This document shows, in pieces, positions 36,911 through 48,312 of a DNA stretch of 64,000 nt. The translations under genes and the position numbers were made by a program. The notes under the pieces were generated by a model. That model was not told where the DNA came from. It searched no databases and saw only the letters and a program-made list of their open reading frames with translations. The first letter of the stretch is position 1. Every line of letters begins with the position of its first letter. The stretch comes from an uncultured Clostridia bacterium (GTDB lineage Bacteria; Bacillota; Clostridia; Oscillospirales; Ruminococcaceae): contig CAMELR010000002.1 of NCBI GenBank assembly GCA_945923775.1, positions 5,837-69,836 of the forward strand, in the 5' to 3' direction.

Positions 36911-37618
36911 TTATAAAGGCTTTTTCGCAATATTGCCCGAGTTCCTGGGGTATTTTGTCGGCGTCTGCGATATTTTCTTTATTACGGCAAGGCGCCTTGC
37001 GTCTCCATTTGGTATTGTGTAGTCTTTTACCGACTCTATCTCTCCGCCAAGCTTCGATATTGCACCGGAGGCCGCCGAAATATCCTCGTTTACGGATTTC
37101 AAGGCAATGAACTTACCGCCGACCTTCACAAATGGAATGCAATATTCCGAAAGAACCGGCATTGCAGCGACAGCACGTGCAGTAGCGAAATCGAAGCACT
37201 CGCGCTTTTTTCTTCCGAGTTCCTCGCTGCGCGCGTGAATAATTTCAGCCTTAACGCCAATGAGTTCGCATGCTTTCTCAAGATAAACGCAGCGCTTATT
37301 GAGACTGTCGCACAGAGTTCCCTTCAGATCCGGTCGGAAAATCAGAAGCGGAATTGCCGGAAATCCAGCACCGGTTCCCACGTCGATAAAAGAGCTTCCC
37401 TGCGGGATATCCAACATTGTAAACGGAAGTACGCTGTCAACAAAATGCTTTACGACTACCTCGGGAAATTCGGTAATTGAGGTAAGATTCACATTTTCGT
37501 TGTACTCAACCATGAAGTCGCACAGCCTGACAAACTTATCAGCCTGATTTTCGTCGATAGTAATATCAGCCTTCCGGAATTCCGAAATAACGAATTCAAT
37601 ACGTTCTGAGTTATCCAT
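36911..37618 (-). CDS. rsmG: 16S rRNA (guanine527-N7)-methyltransferase RsmG (GidB)
   Basis: ATG at 37618 follows AGAGGTGA and overlaps the mnmG stop by 8 nt. SAM motif [14 protein letters not shown]. Confidence 0.9.
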   Translation of the reverse strand: MDNSERIEFVISEFRKADITIDENQADKFVRLCDFMVEYNENVNLTSITEFPEVVVKHFVDSVLPFTMLDIPQGSSFIDVGTGAGFPAIPLLIFRPDLKGTLCDSLNKRCVYLEKACELIGVKAEIIHARSEELGRKKRECFDFATARAVAAMPVLSEYCIPFVKVGGKFIALKSVNEDISAASGAISKLGGEIESVKDYTIPNGDARRLAVIKKISQTPTKYPRNSGNIAKKPL

Positions 37619-39512
37619 TATTGTCACCTCTGTTTCCATGTTCCTTTGAAGCGAGCCAGACCAGCAGCACTGACACATCAGCCGGATTTACGCCGGATAT
37701 GCGCCCAGCCTGTCCTACATTAAGCGGTTTGAACTTGTTCAGCTTCTCCTGAGCTTCAAGCCGCAGTCCCTTTATAGTTTTATAGTCAACATTCTCCGGG
37801 AGCGCTTTGCTCTCAAGCTTTCTCATTTTATCTATCTGTTCCTGCTGAACCCTGATATAGCCAGAGTATTTTATCTCAACTTCCAGCTTGTTCACAAGCG
37901 AATATTTCAGCTTAGGTCTGCCGGGGTCGAATTCAGCAAGATCATCATATCCAAGCTGAGGCCGTTTCAGCAGTTCGATCATTCGAACCCCCGTAGTTAT
38001 CGGAGAAGTTCCCTTTCTTACAAGCATTTCATTGACTTCCTCGGTAGGGTGAACAACGACCGATTTAATGCGCAGCAGTTCCTCCTCGCATATTCTCTTT
38101 TCGTCAAGGAACTTCGCATATCTCTCCTCAGAGACAAGCCCGACCTTGTGACCGATAGGCACCAGACGGTCAGCGGCGTTGTCCTGCCTGAGGATCAGGC
38201 GGTATTCGCTGCGGGAGGTCATCATGCGATAAGGTTCGGAGCAGCCCTTTGTAACCAGGTCATCGACCAGCGTACCAATGTAGCTGGTGGCGCGGTCAAG
38301 TATCATCGGCTCTCTGCCCTGGATTTTCAAAGCCGAATTTATTCCTGCAACGATTCCCTGAGCCGCCGCCTCCTCGTACCCGCTTGTGCAGTTAAACTGA
38401 CCCGCGCCGTACAGCCCGGATATCTTCTTGAATTCCAGAGTAGGAAGAAGCTCCAGAGGGTCGCAGCAGTCATATTCTATCGCGTATGCCGGGCGCATAA
38501 TTTCCACATGTTCAAGCCCCTTTATCGTCCGCAGGAATTTGACCTGGACGTCCTCGGGCAGCGAGGAGGACATGCCCTGCAAGTAATATTCATCAGTATC
38601 CAGCCCCATCGGCTCAACAAATAGCTGGTGGCGTTCCTTATCCTTGAACCTCACAATTTTGTCCTCGATACTCGGACAATAACGCGGACCGATACCCTCG
38701 ATTCGTCCGGAATACAGCGGAGAACGGTGCAGATTCTCAAGTATCACCTTGTGAGTTTCCACATTCGTGTAGGTCACGTAGCAGTCAACGATATTGTGGA
38801 GTTCCTGCTCGTTATCGAAAGCAAACGGCATTATCTGTTCATCACCGCTCTGCTTCTCCATGACTGAAAAATCAATCGATCGCTTATGAACGCGCGCAGG
38901 TGTTCCAGTCTTGAACCGTCTCATTGAAACGCCGAGATTCTTCAGGCACTCGGTAAGTCCGCTTGATGGCAGAAGATTATCAGGTCCCGAACTGTAGCTG
39001 AGTTCGCCTATGTGTATCTTGCCATTAAGATATGTTCCGGTCGTGATGATTGCAGCCTTCACCGGGTGAATTGCTCCGAGCTTAGTGCGGACAGCGGTCA
39101 CTCTGCCGTTCTCAACATCTACCGCAGTTACCTCTGCCTGTTTAATATAAAGATTCGGCGTGTTTTCAAGCGTGTGCTTCATATGGGTGTGGTACTTCAC
39201 GCGGTCGCTCTGAACTCTGAGACTGTGGACTGCCGGTCCCTTTCCGCGGTTCAATATCCTGGACTGTATAAAGGTTGCGTCCGCCGCCTTTCCCATCTCG
39301 CCGCCGAGGGAGTCTATCTCGCATACGATCTGCCCTTTTGCGGAACCTCCGATACAGGGATTACAGGGCATATTAGCAATGCAGTCCAGTGACAGCGTGA
39401 ATATTGCGGTTTTCAATCCCAGACGTGCCGCGGCAAGAGCCGCCTCGCACCCCGCGTGACCTGCACCGATAACGGCTACATCGTATTCTTCAAGCGTATA
39501 TCCGGATTCCAA
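37611..39512 (-). CDS. mnmG: tRNA uridine 5-carboxymethylaminomethyl modification enzyme MnmG (GidA)
   Basis: 633 aa with a TTG start 7 nt after AAAGGAAG. FAD motif [21 protein letters not shown]. GidA blocks are present throughout. Confidence 0.95.
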   Translation of the reverse strand: MESGYTLEEYDVAVIGAGHAGCEAALAAARLGLKTAIFTLSLDCIANMPCNPCIGGSAKGQIVCEIDSLGGEMGKAADATFIQSRILNRGKGPAVHSLRVQSDRVKYHTHMKHTLENTPNLYIKQAEVTAVDVENGRVTAVRTKLGAIHPVKAAIITTGTYLNGKIHIGELSYSSGPDNLLPSSGLTECLKNLGVSMRRFKTGTPARVHKRSIDFSVMEKQSGDEQIMPFAFDNEQELHNIVDCYVTYTNVETHKVILENLHRSPLYSGRIEGIGPRYCPSIEDKIVRFKDKERHQLFVEPMGLDTDEYYLQGMSSSLPEDVQVKFLRTIKGLEHVEIMRPAYAIEYDCCDPLELLPTLEFKKISGLYGAGQFNCTSGYEEAAAQGIVAGINSALKIQGREPMILDRATSYIGTLVDDLVTKGCSEPYRMMTSRSEYRLILRQDNAADRLVPIGHKVGLVSEERYAKFLDEKRICEEELLRIKSVVVHPTEEVNEMLVRKGTSPITTGVRMIELLKRPQLGYDDLAEFDPGRPKLKYSLVNKLEVEIKYSGYIRVQQEQIDKMRKLESKALPENVDYKTIKGLRLEAQEKLNKFKPLNVGQAGRISGVNPADVSVLLVWLASKEHGNRGDNNG

Positions 39513-39550
39513 TAAACATCTTCCTTTCGCTTACTTACAATTCGACATAA

Positions 39551-39566
39551 TGTTCCACGTGGAACA
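39551..39566. promoter_or_regulatory. parS site 4
   Basis: Identical TGTTCCACGTGGAACA in the gyrA-mnmG spacer. Confidence 0.9.
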
Positions 39567-39585
39567 ATCGAAAAATTCCTATATT

Positions 39586-39620
39586 CACAAAATTCGCCCG
39601 AACCAAAAATCCGGGCGAAC
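39586..39620 (-). terminator. intrinsic terminator of gyrA
   Basis: Minus strand reads UUCGCCCG..CGGGCGAA followed by UUUUGUG. Confidence 0.75.
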
Positions 39621-39638
39621 CTGTTCAGTTGTAGTTGA

Positions 39639-42284
39639 TTACTCCTCAGAGCCTTCGTCAGACTTAACATCTGAATTATCAGCGTTGTCGTCTACATTAT
39701 CGTCATCGGGAGCAGTATCCGGCTCGATCACCTCGGAAGCGTCCTCGTTGAGTGAAGCCTGTATCTCCTCATCGGAAACCTTCTCGATCTCCTCGGTGCT
39801 TTCGGAATCGTCGTGCTGTGTTCTCGTGAAGGAAGCCACTCTGCTTTCCTCGCCGAGTCTCATTACGCGAACACCGGTAGCCGATCTTCCCATTACGCGC
39901 ATATCGTTTGCACGGAATCTGATGATTATGCCGTCAGTGCTGATAAGAATAACATCATCATCAGGGCCAAGAGTGCGGATTCCGCAGACAAATCCCTTTT
40001 CATCGCCGACCTTGTAGTTTTTCAGACCCAGACCGCCGCGTCTCTGTAAACGGTAGCTGTCAACCGCGCAGCGACGTCCCATGCCCTTGTCTGTAACAGT
40101 AAGAATGGTCGCGGTAGGATCAAACACCTTAGTAGCGCCAACAACATAGTCCTCGTCGCGGAGCTTGATAGCCTTTACGCCGCGTGCCTGCCTGCTCATC
40201 GGACGGCAGTCCTTCTCATCAAAGCAGATCGCAGCGCCGTTTCTGGTGGCGGTCAGTATCCTGCAGTCGCCCTCGGTAAGGAACGCGGACGCTATCTCAT
40301 CGCCCTCTGCCAGTGTTACAGCACGCAGTCCCTTCTTGCGCACATTTCTGTACTCAGACAGGTTGGTGCGCTTTACAATGCCGTTCTTGGTAACGCAGAT
40401 GAAGTACTTGTTGTCTGCGAAATCATGCGTTGTCATCATCGCGGCAACTCTCTCGCCCTCGTTTAGCTGAAGGAGATTTACAATGTTCATACCGCGGGAC
40501 TGCTTGCTTCCCTCGGGAATCTCGTAGCATTTCAGGCGGTACATGTTGCCCTGATTCGTGATGAACAGTATATTTTCGTGACTTGACGAAATGAACATGT
40601 TCTCAACGAAATCCTCGTCACGCTGCTTCATGCCGGAAACACCCTTGCCGCCGCGCTTCTGAATATTATAAAGCTCCACGGGCTGGCGCTTGATGTAACC
40701 GATATTTGTGTAGGTAACAACGCAGTCCTCCTCGGGGATAAGGTCCTCGATATCGACCTCGCCGCTGACCGGTTCGATCTTTGTGCGGCGTGCGTCGTTG
40801 TACTTCTTCTTGATAACGGAAAGCTCATCGCCGATAACATGCAGCAGCTTGTTGTGGTCTGCGAGTATCTCCTGCATTTCCTTGATGAGTGCGCGCTTTT
40901 CCTGGAGCTCGTCGATCACCTTGGACTTCTCCATGCCGGTGAGCGCGCCGAGTCTCATCTGAACGATAGCGTCCGCCTGAGCCTCAGACAGCGAATAAGT
41001 GCCCTTGTCGAAGAAACCAGTAGAGGATACGTCGATATCCTTAAAGCGCTCAATAAGGCGCTCCTTGCCTTCCTGAATGGTCTTGCTGGAACGGAGTATC
41101 GCGATGACCTCGTCAATGAAGTCGATAGCGATAATGAAGCCCTCGAGGATATGTTCCCTTTCCAGAGCCTTTTCAAGATCGTACTTAGTACGGCGTGTGA
41201 TAACATCGACCTGGAAATCAAGGTAATACTCCAGGCACTCCTTCAGAGTAAGTATCTTAGGCTGACCGTTAACCAGAGCCAGCATGATAACGCCGACAGT
41301 GTCCTGAAGCTGAGTATAGGAGTACAGCTTATTGAGAACTACATTTGCGTTAGCGTCACGCTTGAGCTCGATAACGATGCGCATACCGTTGCGGTCGGAT
41401 TCATCGCGGACAACGCTTATGCCCTCAATACGCTTGTCGCGTACAAGGTCGCCTATGCTCATCAGCAAACGAGCCTTGTTTACCATGTAGGGAATCTCGT
41501 CTATGATAATGCGTGTCTGGTTGTTCTCCTCGACGATGTTAGCACGGCCGCGGAGGATTATCTTGCCGCGTCCGGTATAGTAAGCGGAGCGTATTCCGCT
41601 GTAGCCCATAATGATACCGCCGGTCGGGAAATCCGGACCCTGTATCTGGGTCATGAGTTCCTCGATGGATACCTCCGGATTATCGATCATCAGCATGAGT
41701 GCGTCAATGACCTCACCAAGGTTGTGCGGCGGGATATTCGTAGCCATACCTACCGCGATACCGTTACTGCCGTTTACAAGCAGGTTAGGGAAACGGGACG
41801 GAAGCACTACAGGCTCCTGGAGCTTATCATCGTAGTTCGTTGTGAAATCAACGACCTTCTTGCCGATATCCTGGACCATCTCGTTTGAAATCTTCGCGAG
41901 TCTCGCCTCAGTATAACGGTAAGCCGCAGCGGGGTCTCCGTCGACGGAACCGAAGTTTCCGTGACCGTCGATAAGCGGATATCTCAGGGAGAAATCCTGC
42001 GCAAGGCGCACCAGCGCGTCATAAACGGAAGCATCGCCGTGGGGGTGGTACTTACCGAGGACCTCGCCGACGGTGTAAGCGCACTTTCTGAATGGCTTAT
42101 CCGCGGTGTTTCCGGCGTCGTTCATCGTATAGATGATACGGCGGTGAACCGGCTTCAGACCATCTCTAACGTCAGGCAGCGCTCTGGCGGTGATAACCGA
42201 CATTGAGTACTGTATGAACGATGTTTTCATCGTCTGCTCAAGGTCTACATTTATTAGCTTTTCCGAGCTGAAATCAATATCCAT
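39639..42284 (-). CDS. gyrA: DNA gyrase subunit A (with acidic C-terminal tail)
   Basis: 881 aa. Contains [28 protein letters not shown] (QRDR) and active-site region [10 protein letters not shown]. The tail reads [22 protein letters not shown]. Confidence 0.97.
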   Translation of the reverse strand: MDIDFSSEKLINVDLEQTMKTSFIQYSMSVITARALPDVRDGLKPVHRRIIYTMNDAGNTADKPFRKCAYTVGEVLGKYHPHGDASVYDALVRLAQDFSLRYPLIDGHGNFGSVDGDPAAAYRYTEARLAKISNEMVQDIGKKVVDFTTNYDDKLQEPVVLPSRFPNLLVNGSNGIAVGMATNIPPHNLGEVIDALMLMIDNPEVSIEELMTQIQGPDFPTGGIIMGYSGIRSAYYTGRGKIILRGRANIVEENNQTRIIIDEIPYMVNKARLLMSIGDLVRDKRIEGISVVRDESDRNGMRIVIELKRDANANVVLNKLYSYTQLQDTVGVIMLALVNGQPKILTLKECLEYYLDFQVDVITRRTKYDLEKALEREHILEGFIIAIDFIDEVIAILRSSKTIQEGKERLIERFKDIDVSSTGFFDKGTYSLSEAQADAIVQMRLGALTGMEKSKVIDELQEKRALIKEMQEILADHNKLLHVIGDELSVIKKKYNDARRTKIEPVSGEVDIEDLIPEEDCVVTYTNIGYIKRQPVELYNIQKRGGKGVSGMKQRDEDFVENMFISSSHENILFITNQGNMYRLKCYEIPEGSKQSRGMNIVNLLQLNEGERVAAMMTTHDFADNKYFICVTKNGIVKRTNLSEYRNVRKKGLRAVTLAEGDEIASAFLTEGDCRILTATRNGAAICFDEKDCRPMSRQARGVKAIKLRDEDYVVGATKVFDPTATILTVTDKGMGRRCAVDSYRLQRRGGLGLKNYKVGDEKGFVCGIRTLGPDDDVILISTDGIIIRFRANDMRVMGRSATGVRVMRLGEESRVASFTRTQHDDSESTEEIEKVSDEEIQASLNEDASEVIEPDTAPDDDNVDDNADNSDVKSDEGSEE

Positions 42285-42296
42285 TTTACCTCCAAA

Positions 42297-42974
42297 TTAA
42301 TTTTCTGACTGACCCGAAAGCTTTTCAGTCAGAAAATCCCTGACCTTGTCCTCCTGCTCCACGGAAAGGCACCTTTTCGGGAAGCAGTAAATCTGCTGTC
42401 TGTTGAACACCAGCAGCAGGGACTCGTCATTTTCTATGAACTCGAGCAGGTCGTCACCTATGACAAATGTCGTTTTAAGCGGAGAAATAGTCTCATCATC
42501 CGCCTGCTCGTCGATTTTAACGCGTACCTCGTTTGCCTTGGGCTTTATAACGGTATCTATTTCGATTTTGTCGTTATAGAACGCCGCAGTATATTCCTCG
42601 GGGTTCATGTCACGAAGTGCGTCGATAGTTCTTTTCCTTGCCCTTGACCTGTCAGTGATGCTGTATATCAGACCGACTGCGCAGAAAAGCAGCGCTGCAT
42701 ACGCGAAAACCGAAGTGGGGTTTATAACGATAGAAACGATCACCGCCGCAGTTATAAGCGAGTAAGCAGCAATAGAAAAAATGCCGCGCTTGTTCTTGAA
42801 CCGCGCCTGAAACGACTTCATTGCGCCGTCGATTTCCTCAAGCGTATTGTCGTAGCTGAACTGAACGACAGGCTCAGCGGAGGAAGAAACGTTTCCAGCA
42901 GCATTTTCAGCGCCGGAATTTTCCTCAGCCAGACCGCCAAGATCCGGAATTAGTCCGTTAGAAATACAGATCAC
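42297..42974 (-). CDS. hypothetical 2-TM membrane protein (YcxB-like layout) between gyrB and gyrA
   Basis: 225 aa. TM pair IAAYSLITAAVIVSIVI / AYAALLFCAVGLIYSI, followed by a soluble domain. Confidence 0.55.
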   Translation of the reverse strand: MICISNGLIPDLGGLAEENSGAENAAGNVSSSAEPVVQFSYDNTLEEIDGAMKSFQARFKNKRGIFSIAAYSLITAAVIVSIVINPTSVFAYAALLFCAVGLIYSITDRSRARKRTIDALRDMNPEEYTAAFYNDKIEIDTVIKPKANEVRVKIDEQADDETISPLKTTFVIGDDLLEFIENDESLLLVFNRQQIYCFPKRCLSVEQEDKVRDFLTEKLSGQSEN

Positions 42975-43019
42975 TCCCTTTGCAATTATACAAATAGTAT
43001 AATTTTAATAATAACCACA

Positions 43020-45008
43020 TCAGAAATCGAGATTCTGAACCAGAGTTGCATTCTGCTCGATAAATTCACGTCTGGGCTCTACCTTGTCGCCCATGAGTAT
43101 CGTCATTATCTCGTCAGCCTTTGCTGCGTCCTCAACGGTAACGCGAACCATAGTACGCGTCTCAGGGTTCATAGTGGTCTCCCAGAGCTGCTCGGGATCC
43201 ATCTCACCAAGACCTTTGTAGCGCTGTACATCGACCTTAGCGCCGCTTTCGCCGGAAAGTTCCTTGATGTAGAGGTCGCGCTCCTCATCAGAGAACGCGT
43301 ATTTAACGTTCTTTCCGCGCGCCACCTTGAAAAGTGGAGGCTGAGCAATATAAACATGCCCCTGCTCGATAAGCGGCCTCATGAAGCGGAAGAAGAACGT
43401 CAGCATGAGCGTTGAAATATGAGCGCCGTCGACATCGGCATCTGCCATGATGATAACTCGTCCGTATCTGAGCTTTGTTATGTCGAAATCCTCTGCAATA
43501 CCAGTGCCAAGAGCCTTAACAACCGGCGAGAGCTTATCGTTATTGTAGACCTTATCAGCGCGCGCCTTTTCAACGTTGAGCATCTTGCCCCACAGGGACA
43601 GGATAGCCTGGAAACGCCTGTCGCGTCCGCTCTTTGCAGAGCCGCCCGCAGAATCTCCCTCTACGATGTAGATCTCAGTAAAGGTAGGATCCTTCTCGGA
43701 GCAGTCGGCAAGCTTGCCGGGAAGCCCGTTGCTGTCCATTACGGATTTGCGCTTTGCTTCCATGGCCTTTTTAGCCGCGTCACGAGCCGCCTGGGAGTTC
43801 ATCGCCTTGTTCATGATGATCATGGCGGTGTCGGGGTGTTCCTCGAAATAATATGTGAGCTGCTCAACTGCGATCTTGTAAACCACCGGCTGAACCTCAG
43901 GATTTCCGAGTTTGCTCTTGGTCTGACCCTCGAACTCGCATTCCGGCAGCTTAACGGAGATTATCGCGTTTATCGCCTCGCGGATAGCCTCGCCGCTGTA
44001 TCCTGTAAAGGGCTTCTCTTCCTCGCCCTTCTTCGCCGACTTTTTCTTCGGCTTGTTCTTCTCCTGGGCTTCCTTGTAAGCCTTGGCGTAGTCGTTTACG
44101 ACCTTGCTCAGAGCCTTCTTGAATCCGATCTCGTGAGTACCGCCCTCGCCGGTGTGGATATCGTTCGCAAAGGAGCGGAAAACCTCGCTATTGAAATCGG
44201 TGGTATACTGGAACGCGATTTCAACGTCGATTCCGTTCATGTTTCCGGAAAGATAGATAACGTCCGGATGGAGAACATCGGCGCCGCGCTTCTTATTGAG
44301 CCATTCGATGTAGCTGCGGATACCGCCTTCGTACATCATTTCCTCGTAAACGGGGTTCTCAGGGTCGCGGGTATCTGAAAGCGTGATCTTCAGACCGCCA
44401 TTCAGGAACGCCTTCTCGCGGAGTCTTTCCTGAAGAGTAGCGTAATTGAAAACCGTAGTGTGGAAAATCTCGCCGTCCGGCTTGAATGTAACCGTTGTAC
44501 CTGTGTGGTCGGTGGTTCCGATGACCTTTATAGGCTCGCTGTATTCACCGCGCTCAAACCGCTGAAAATGAATATTCTTGCCGTCGTGTATCTCGACCTC
44601 GAGCCACTCGGAAAGCGCATTTACAACGGAAGCGCCAACGCCGTGCAGACCGCCGGCTACCTTATATCCGCCGCCGCCGAACTTACCGCCGGCATGCAGC
44701 ACTGTAAATACGACAGTAGCCGCAGAGATACCCTCGGCATGGTTTATTGCGGTAGGAATGCCGCGTCCGTTATCGACAACGCGGATAACGTTATCCGGGA
44801 GTATAGATACGTTGATCTCAGTGCAGTAACCTGCGAGAGCCTCGTCGATAGAGTTATCAACAATCTCGTAAACCAGATGATGCAGGCCGCCCTCGCCAGA
44901 GGAGCCGACGTACATACCCGGGCGCTTTCGTACAGCCTCAAGACCCTTCAGGATCTGTATGTCGTCAGCGCCGTAACTCATATCCTGAGTCTTTTCATTT
45001 TCAGCCAT
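43020..45008 (-). CDS. gyrB: DNA gyrase subunit B
   Basis: 662 aa. Contains GLHHLVYEIVDNSIDEA, GGLHGVGASVVNALS, EGDSAGGSAK and PLRGKILNVEKA-like (SLWGKMLNVEKA). Confidence 0.97.
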   Translation of the reverse strand: MAENEKTQDMSYGADDIQILKGLEAVRKRPGMYVGSSGEGGLHHLVYEIVDNSIDEALAGYCTEINVSILPDNVIRVVDNGRGIPTAINHAEGISAATVVFTVLHAGGKFGGGGYKVAGGLHGVGASVVNALSEWLEVEIHDGKNIHFQRFERGEYSEPIKVIGTTDHTGTTVTFKPDGEIFHTTVFNYATLQERLREKAFLNGGLKITLSDTRDPENPVYEEMMYEGGIRSYIEWLNKKRGADVLHPDVIYLSGNMNGIDVEIAFQYTTDFNSEVFRSFANDIHTGEGGTHEIGFKKALSKVVNDYAKAYKEAQEKNKPKKKSAKKGEEEKPFTGYSGEAIREAINAIISVKLPECEFEGQTKSKLGNPEVQPVVYKIAVEQLTYYFEEHPDTAMIIMNKAMNSQAARDAAKKAMEAKRKSVMDSNGLPGKLADCSEKDPTFTEIYIVEGDSAGGSAKSGRDRRFQAILSLWGKMLNVEKARADKVYNNDKLSPVVKALGTGIAEDFDITKLRYGRVIIMADADVDGAHISTLMLTFFFRFMRPLIEQGHVYIAQPPLFKVARGKNVKYAFSDEERDLYIKELSGESGAKVDVQRYKGLGEMDPEQLWETTMNPETRTMVRVTVEDAAKADEIMTILMGDKVEPRREFIEQNATLVQNLDF

Positions 45009-45099
45009 TAAACCTTAACCTCCATAAAATACCGGCTCACCGGTACAGACCGCAGGGCGTGCAAGCCCCCGCATATTGCAAAACGCATATATTATATAT

Positions 45100-45128
45100 A
45101 GTATACCACAAAACCGCCAAAATTGCAA
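45100..45128 (-). promoter_or_regulatory. gyrB promoter
   Basis: Minus strand reads TTGCAA (45128-45123), 17 nt, TATACT (45105-45100), with TGG extended -10. Confidence 0.6.
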
Positions 45129-45276
45129 GCATTTCCGGCGGTTTAAAGGTAAAATTTTATTTTCAAAAGCAATTTTTAGAGGTCATTTTAAAGTAATCGC
45201 CTTACACTTAGTGAAGTAAACCTGTACAGCATTACTCGGAGTATAAAAAAACTACAAAAAAATTGCAGTTACCCCC

Positions 45277-45305
45277 TTGCAATTTAAGAAATAGTATGTT
45301 ATAAT
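45277..45305 (+). promoter_or_regulatory. rpsT promoter
   Basis: TTGCAA (45277-45282), 17 nt, TATAAT (45300-45305), with TGT extended -10. Confidence 0.65.
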
Positions 45306-45428
45306 AAAATATATTATTATGGTCGTTCAGTATAAGCAATTATAATGTGGACGCTCAATAAGACAATAAATCGAGAATGTGTGCAGAAATGCGCTGTTCC
45401 GATCGAATAGCTATGGAGGTGAAAATAA

Positions 45429-45674
45429 ATGCCGAATATCAAGTCTGCAAAGAAGAGAGTTCTCATCGCCAAGGAGAGAACTGAGGCTAACAAGGCTTCC
45501 AAGACTGCACTTAAGACAGTTATCAAGAAGGCTCGTGCCGAGGGTGCTGACGCTGCTGTGATCAAGACCGCAGTTGTAAGCGTAGACAAGGCTGCAGGTA
45601 AGGGTCTTATCCACAAGAATAAGGCTGCTCGTCTGAAGTCCCAGCTTGCAAAGAAAGCAAACGCTACTGCATAA
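45429..45674 (+). CDS. rpsT: 30S ribosomal protein S20
   Basis: 81 aa. MPNIKSAKKRVLIAKERTEANKASKTALKT.. is a typical S20 N-terminus. GGAGGTG RBS. Confidence 0.95.
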   Translation: MPNIKSAKKRVLIAKERTEANKASKTALKTVIKKARAEGADAAVIKTAVVSVDKAAGKGLIHKNKAARLKSQLAKKANATA

Positions 45675-45696
45675 TTTCTTGAAGAAAGCAAACATA

Positions 45697-45731
45697 CACC
45701 CGCAGGCTGACAGCATGCGGGTGATTGTTTT
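45697..45731 (+). terminator. intrinsic terminator of rpsT
   Basis: CACCCGCA..TGCGGGTG followed by ATTGTTTT. Confidence 0.6.
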
Positions 45732-45787
45732 ATAGAAGCAAAAAATGGGTAAAAACGACATAAAATGCATAAGAGGGGGTAATTATA

Positions 45788-46288
45788 ATGACCGGCAAAA
45801 ACATAGAAATGACGGATCCCGCAGCGATAAACAAGCTGCTGAAGGAAGCAAAGGTATGCCGCATCGCGCTGATGAACGGCGAATATCCCTACATAATACC
45901 GATGTGCTTCGGCTACAAGCTTGAGGGTAATCACCTGGAGCTGTTCTTCCACACGTCTCCGAAGGGTCAGAAGATAGACCTGATAAAAAAGAACAACATC
46001 GCGGGATTCGAGATAGACCATCTCACCGATGTCGTCAAAGACGAAAACGACTGCGGAGTAACAGCGGTGTACGAGTGCGTAACCGGAACCGGCTCCATTG
46101 AGATCGTAAACGGAATCGAAAAGCTCACCGGGCTGACGTCCATCATCAGCAAATACGACGAGGAAAAAACCGAGCATAAGTTCAGCGAGCAGGCTTTAAA
46201 CAGCATGGTCGTGCTGAAGCTCACGGCAGAAACTTACTGCTGCCGCACGCACAGCGTCGCTGAAGAAAAGATAGACCTTCCGGTCTGA
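45788..46288 (+). CDS. pyridoxamine 5'-phosphate oxidase-family flavoprotein (NimA/COG3467-like)
   Basis: 166 aa. CRIALMNGEYPYIIPMCFGY..LELFFHTSPKGQKIDLI is the split-barrel FMN-binding pattern. Confidence 0.75.
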   Translation: MTGKNIEMTDPAAINKLLKEAKVCRIALMNGEYPYIIPMCFGYKLEGNHLELFFHTSPKGQKIDLIKKNNIAGFEIDHLTDVVKDENDCGVTAVYECVTGTGSIEIVNGIEKLTGLTSIISKYDEEKTEHKFSEQALNSMVVLKLTAETYCCRTHSVAEEKIDLPV

Positions 46289-46303
46289 TAACACTTATAA
46301 ATC

Positions 46304-46332
46304 AAAAAGGAGAGCCAAGCTCTCCTTTATTT
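46304..46332. terminator. bidirectional intrinsic terminator
   Basis: AGGAGAGC-CAA-GCTCTCCT flanked by A5 and TTATTT. Confidence 0.6.
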
Positions 46333-46421
46333 ATATCCGCTATATATACATTTAGTAATATTTTATAGAATTTATACCAGCACGTAATTACAATTCGTAT
46401 TATATTGCAAGTAAAACACAA

Positions 46422-46667
46422 TCAGGAATATTTATCAGCACATCTTTTGTTTATAGTCGAGTTAGACACGTTGGTAATATATGTCTTATCAGTACATACA
46501 ACAAAGGCTTTAGGCATATCGTCAGAAACGCTGACTACCCTTCCCTGCTTTTGCGAGGCGTTCAGGAAATCCGCCGTTATGCGGCTGACCGAACATTCCT
46601 CAATGTCGAAAATTCCGATAACGTCGTCCTTTTTTACCGTGGTATCATTTCCAAGATACACAAACAC
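46422..46667 (-). CDS. remB: DUF370 protein RemB/YaaB-like
   Basis: 81 aa (VIGIFDIE..SRITADFL..). It holds the conserved position immediately downstream of recF, as in other Firmicutes. Confidence 0.75.
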   Translation of the reverse strand: MFVYLGNDTTVKKDDVIGIFDIEECSVSRITADFLNASQKQGRVVSVSDDMPKAFVVCTDKTYITNVSNSTINKRCADKYS

Positions 46668-46673
46668 AGACTG

Positions 46674-47807
46674 TCACCCCTCCGTAAACACGCCGTTTTC
46701 CGCGTGCCAGCACTTCCCGCCTTGCAGCGCGGAAAGGTCGTCCATATTACAGCAGGTAATAAACACCTGACTTTTATCTATATTGTTAATAACGAAATTC
46801 CGCCTGGTCTGGTCAAGCTCGCTTAGAATGTCGTCGAGTATCACCACCGGGCAGGTCTTGTTTTTGCGGCGAATTATTTCAGCCTCTGAGAGTTTCAGCG
46901 CCAGAGCCGCGCTCCGGGTCTGACCCTGCGAGGCAAAGTCCCGGGCTGCCATTCCGTTGATGTAGAAATTTACATCATCTCGGTGAACCCCCGCCAGAGT
47001 ATACCTAAGCCGCATTTCAGACTCAAGATTGTTGTCCAGTTCAGCGACATATTCGTTAAACAGCTCGTTAACATCAGAGAAATCTATACTGGTAGTTTTG
47101 AAAATAGAGCTGTAGTACTCCATTTCCAGTTTCTCTGACCCCTCCGTCAGCCGGGAATATACTTCCGCCGCATGCTGCTGCAAAAACGAAAAATACCGAA
47201 GCCTGCCGTATGTGACGTTGATTCCCTCGCTGGCAAGGACCTGATCCCATGGAGCGAGCTGCGCGGAAAGCTCCGCCTCCGGAATATCCTTGCGTGCGAA
47301 CGCCAGGATATTGTTGCGCTGTTTCAGCCCGCGGTTGTAGTTCGAGAGCTTTTTCAGGTGAGTCTGAGTCTGCATTACAGCCACGTCGTCAAGGTACGCA
47401 CGCCGAAGCTCCGGAGCGCCCTTGATAAGGTTCAGGTGTTCCGGAACGAACACCACGTATTTCAGTACTCCGAACAGCTTTGAAGCGTCGCTGACGCTCA
47501 GACCGTTGTAGGTTATCACGGGTTTGCCATTACTTATTGTATATTCAATGACATTTTCACGCCCTGTATTATCGTCATTTCTGAAACAGAGCCGGATAAA
47601 CACCTCCGCCCCGGGAACATTCACCGGAACGTACTGTGTATAGCGCACATGACGGAAACTCCCGCCCAGACAGACGGAAATAGCCTCCATAAGGTTAGTT
47701 TTGCCCTGCGCATTTTTGCCGACAAAAATGTTGAGGCTGCTGTCAAAATCCAGCTCAGCCTCACGTATATTGCGGAAATTTCGGATATACAGTTTTGTAA
47801 TGACCAT
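46674..47807 (-). CDS. recF: DNA replication and repair protein RecF
   Basis: 377 aa. Walker A GKNAQGKTNLMEAI, signature FASQGQTRSAALALKL, Walker B VVILDDILSELD. Confidence 0.95.
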   Translation of the reverse strand: MVITKLYIRNFRNIREAELDFDSSLNIFVGKNAQGKTNLMEAISVCLGGSFRHVRYTQYVPVNVPGAEVFIRLCFRNDDNTGRENVIEYTISNGKPVITYNGLSVSDASKLFGVLKYVVFVPEHLNLIKGAPELRRAYLDDVAVMQTQTHLKKLSNYNRGLKQRNNILAFARKDIPEAELSAQLAPWDQVLASEGINVTYGRLRYFSFLQQHAAEVYSRLTEGSEKLEMEYYSSIFKTTSIDFSDVNELFNEYVAELDNNLESEMRLRYTLAGVHRDDVNFYINGMAARDFASQGQTRSAALALKLSEAEIIRRKNKTCPVVILDDILSELDQTRRNFVINNIDKSQVFITCCNMDDLSALQGGKCWHAENGVFTEG

Positions 47808-47813
47808 TACGTT

Positions 47814-48065
47814 TTATTCAGCAGAACCTTCTGCGATTTCAGCTGCTGCGTTCTCGTCAAGCACGATCTTGTATTTCTTGCCCTTGAATTCGATTGTATC
47901 GCCGGGCTTTATCTTCTTGCCACGCTTGGTGCAGAGTTCGCCGTTAACGTTGAATTCGCCCAGCTCCACAAGTATTTTAGCCTTTGCGCCGGTCTCAGCG
48001 AGTCCGGCAAATTTAATAAGCTGATCCAGCTTTATAAACGGTGTTACGATCTTGATTTCTTCCAT
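47814..48065 (-). CDS. yaaA: S4-domain RNA-binding protein YaaA
   Basis: 83 aa (IKLDQLIKFAGLAETGAKAKILVELGEFNVNGELCTKRGKKIKPGD), located between dnaN and recF. Confidence 0.85.
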   Translation of the reverse strand: MEEIKIVTPFIKLDQLIKFAGLAETGAKAKILVELGEFNVNGELCTKRGKKIKPGDTIEFKGKKYKIVLDENAAAEIAEGSAE

Positions 48066-48312
48066 TGTTCAGATGTTCCTTTCCAGATATTGTACGGTAC
48101 TCACCGCAGTACCAGCATCGAAGTGCTGATACACGCAGGGCGCTCAAAGCACCGTATGCGGCGCGCATTATATTTCTCGCGCTGCCGCGTATGCCGCCGG
48201 GTCAGATAAGCCCACCGCAAGAACAGCGGGTCGATATCCATGGCTGCAAAAATTCTATTTATGGCAGGGAAAGCGCACTCGCTGCCTTACATGCCCTCTC
48301 CCACCGGTCAAT

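Noticed and set aside
45317-46177. 286-aa minus-strand ORF overlapping rpsT and the PNPOx-family gene.
   Set aside because: rpsT and the flavoprotein on the plus strand are clearly recognisable and have a promoter, RBSs and terminators. The minus ORF has no signals and a hydrophobic junk-like sequence.
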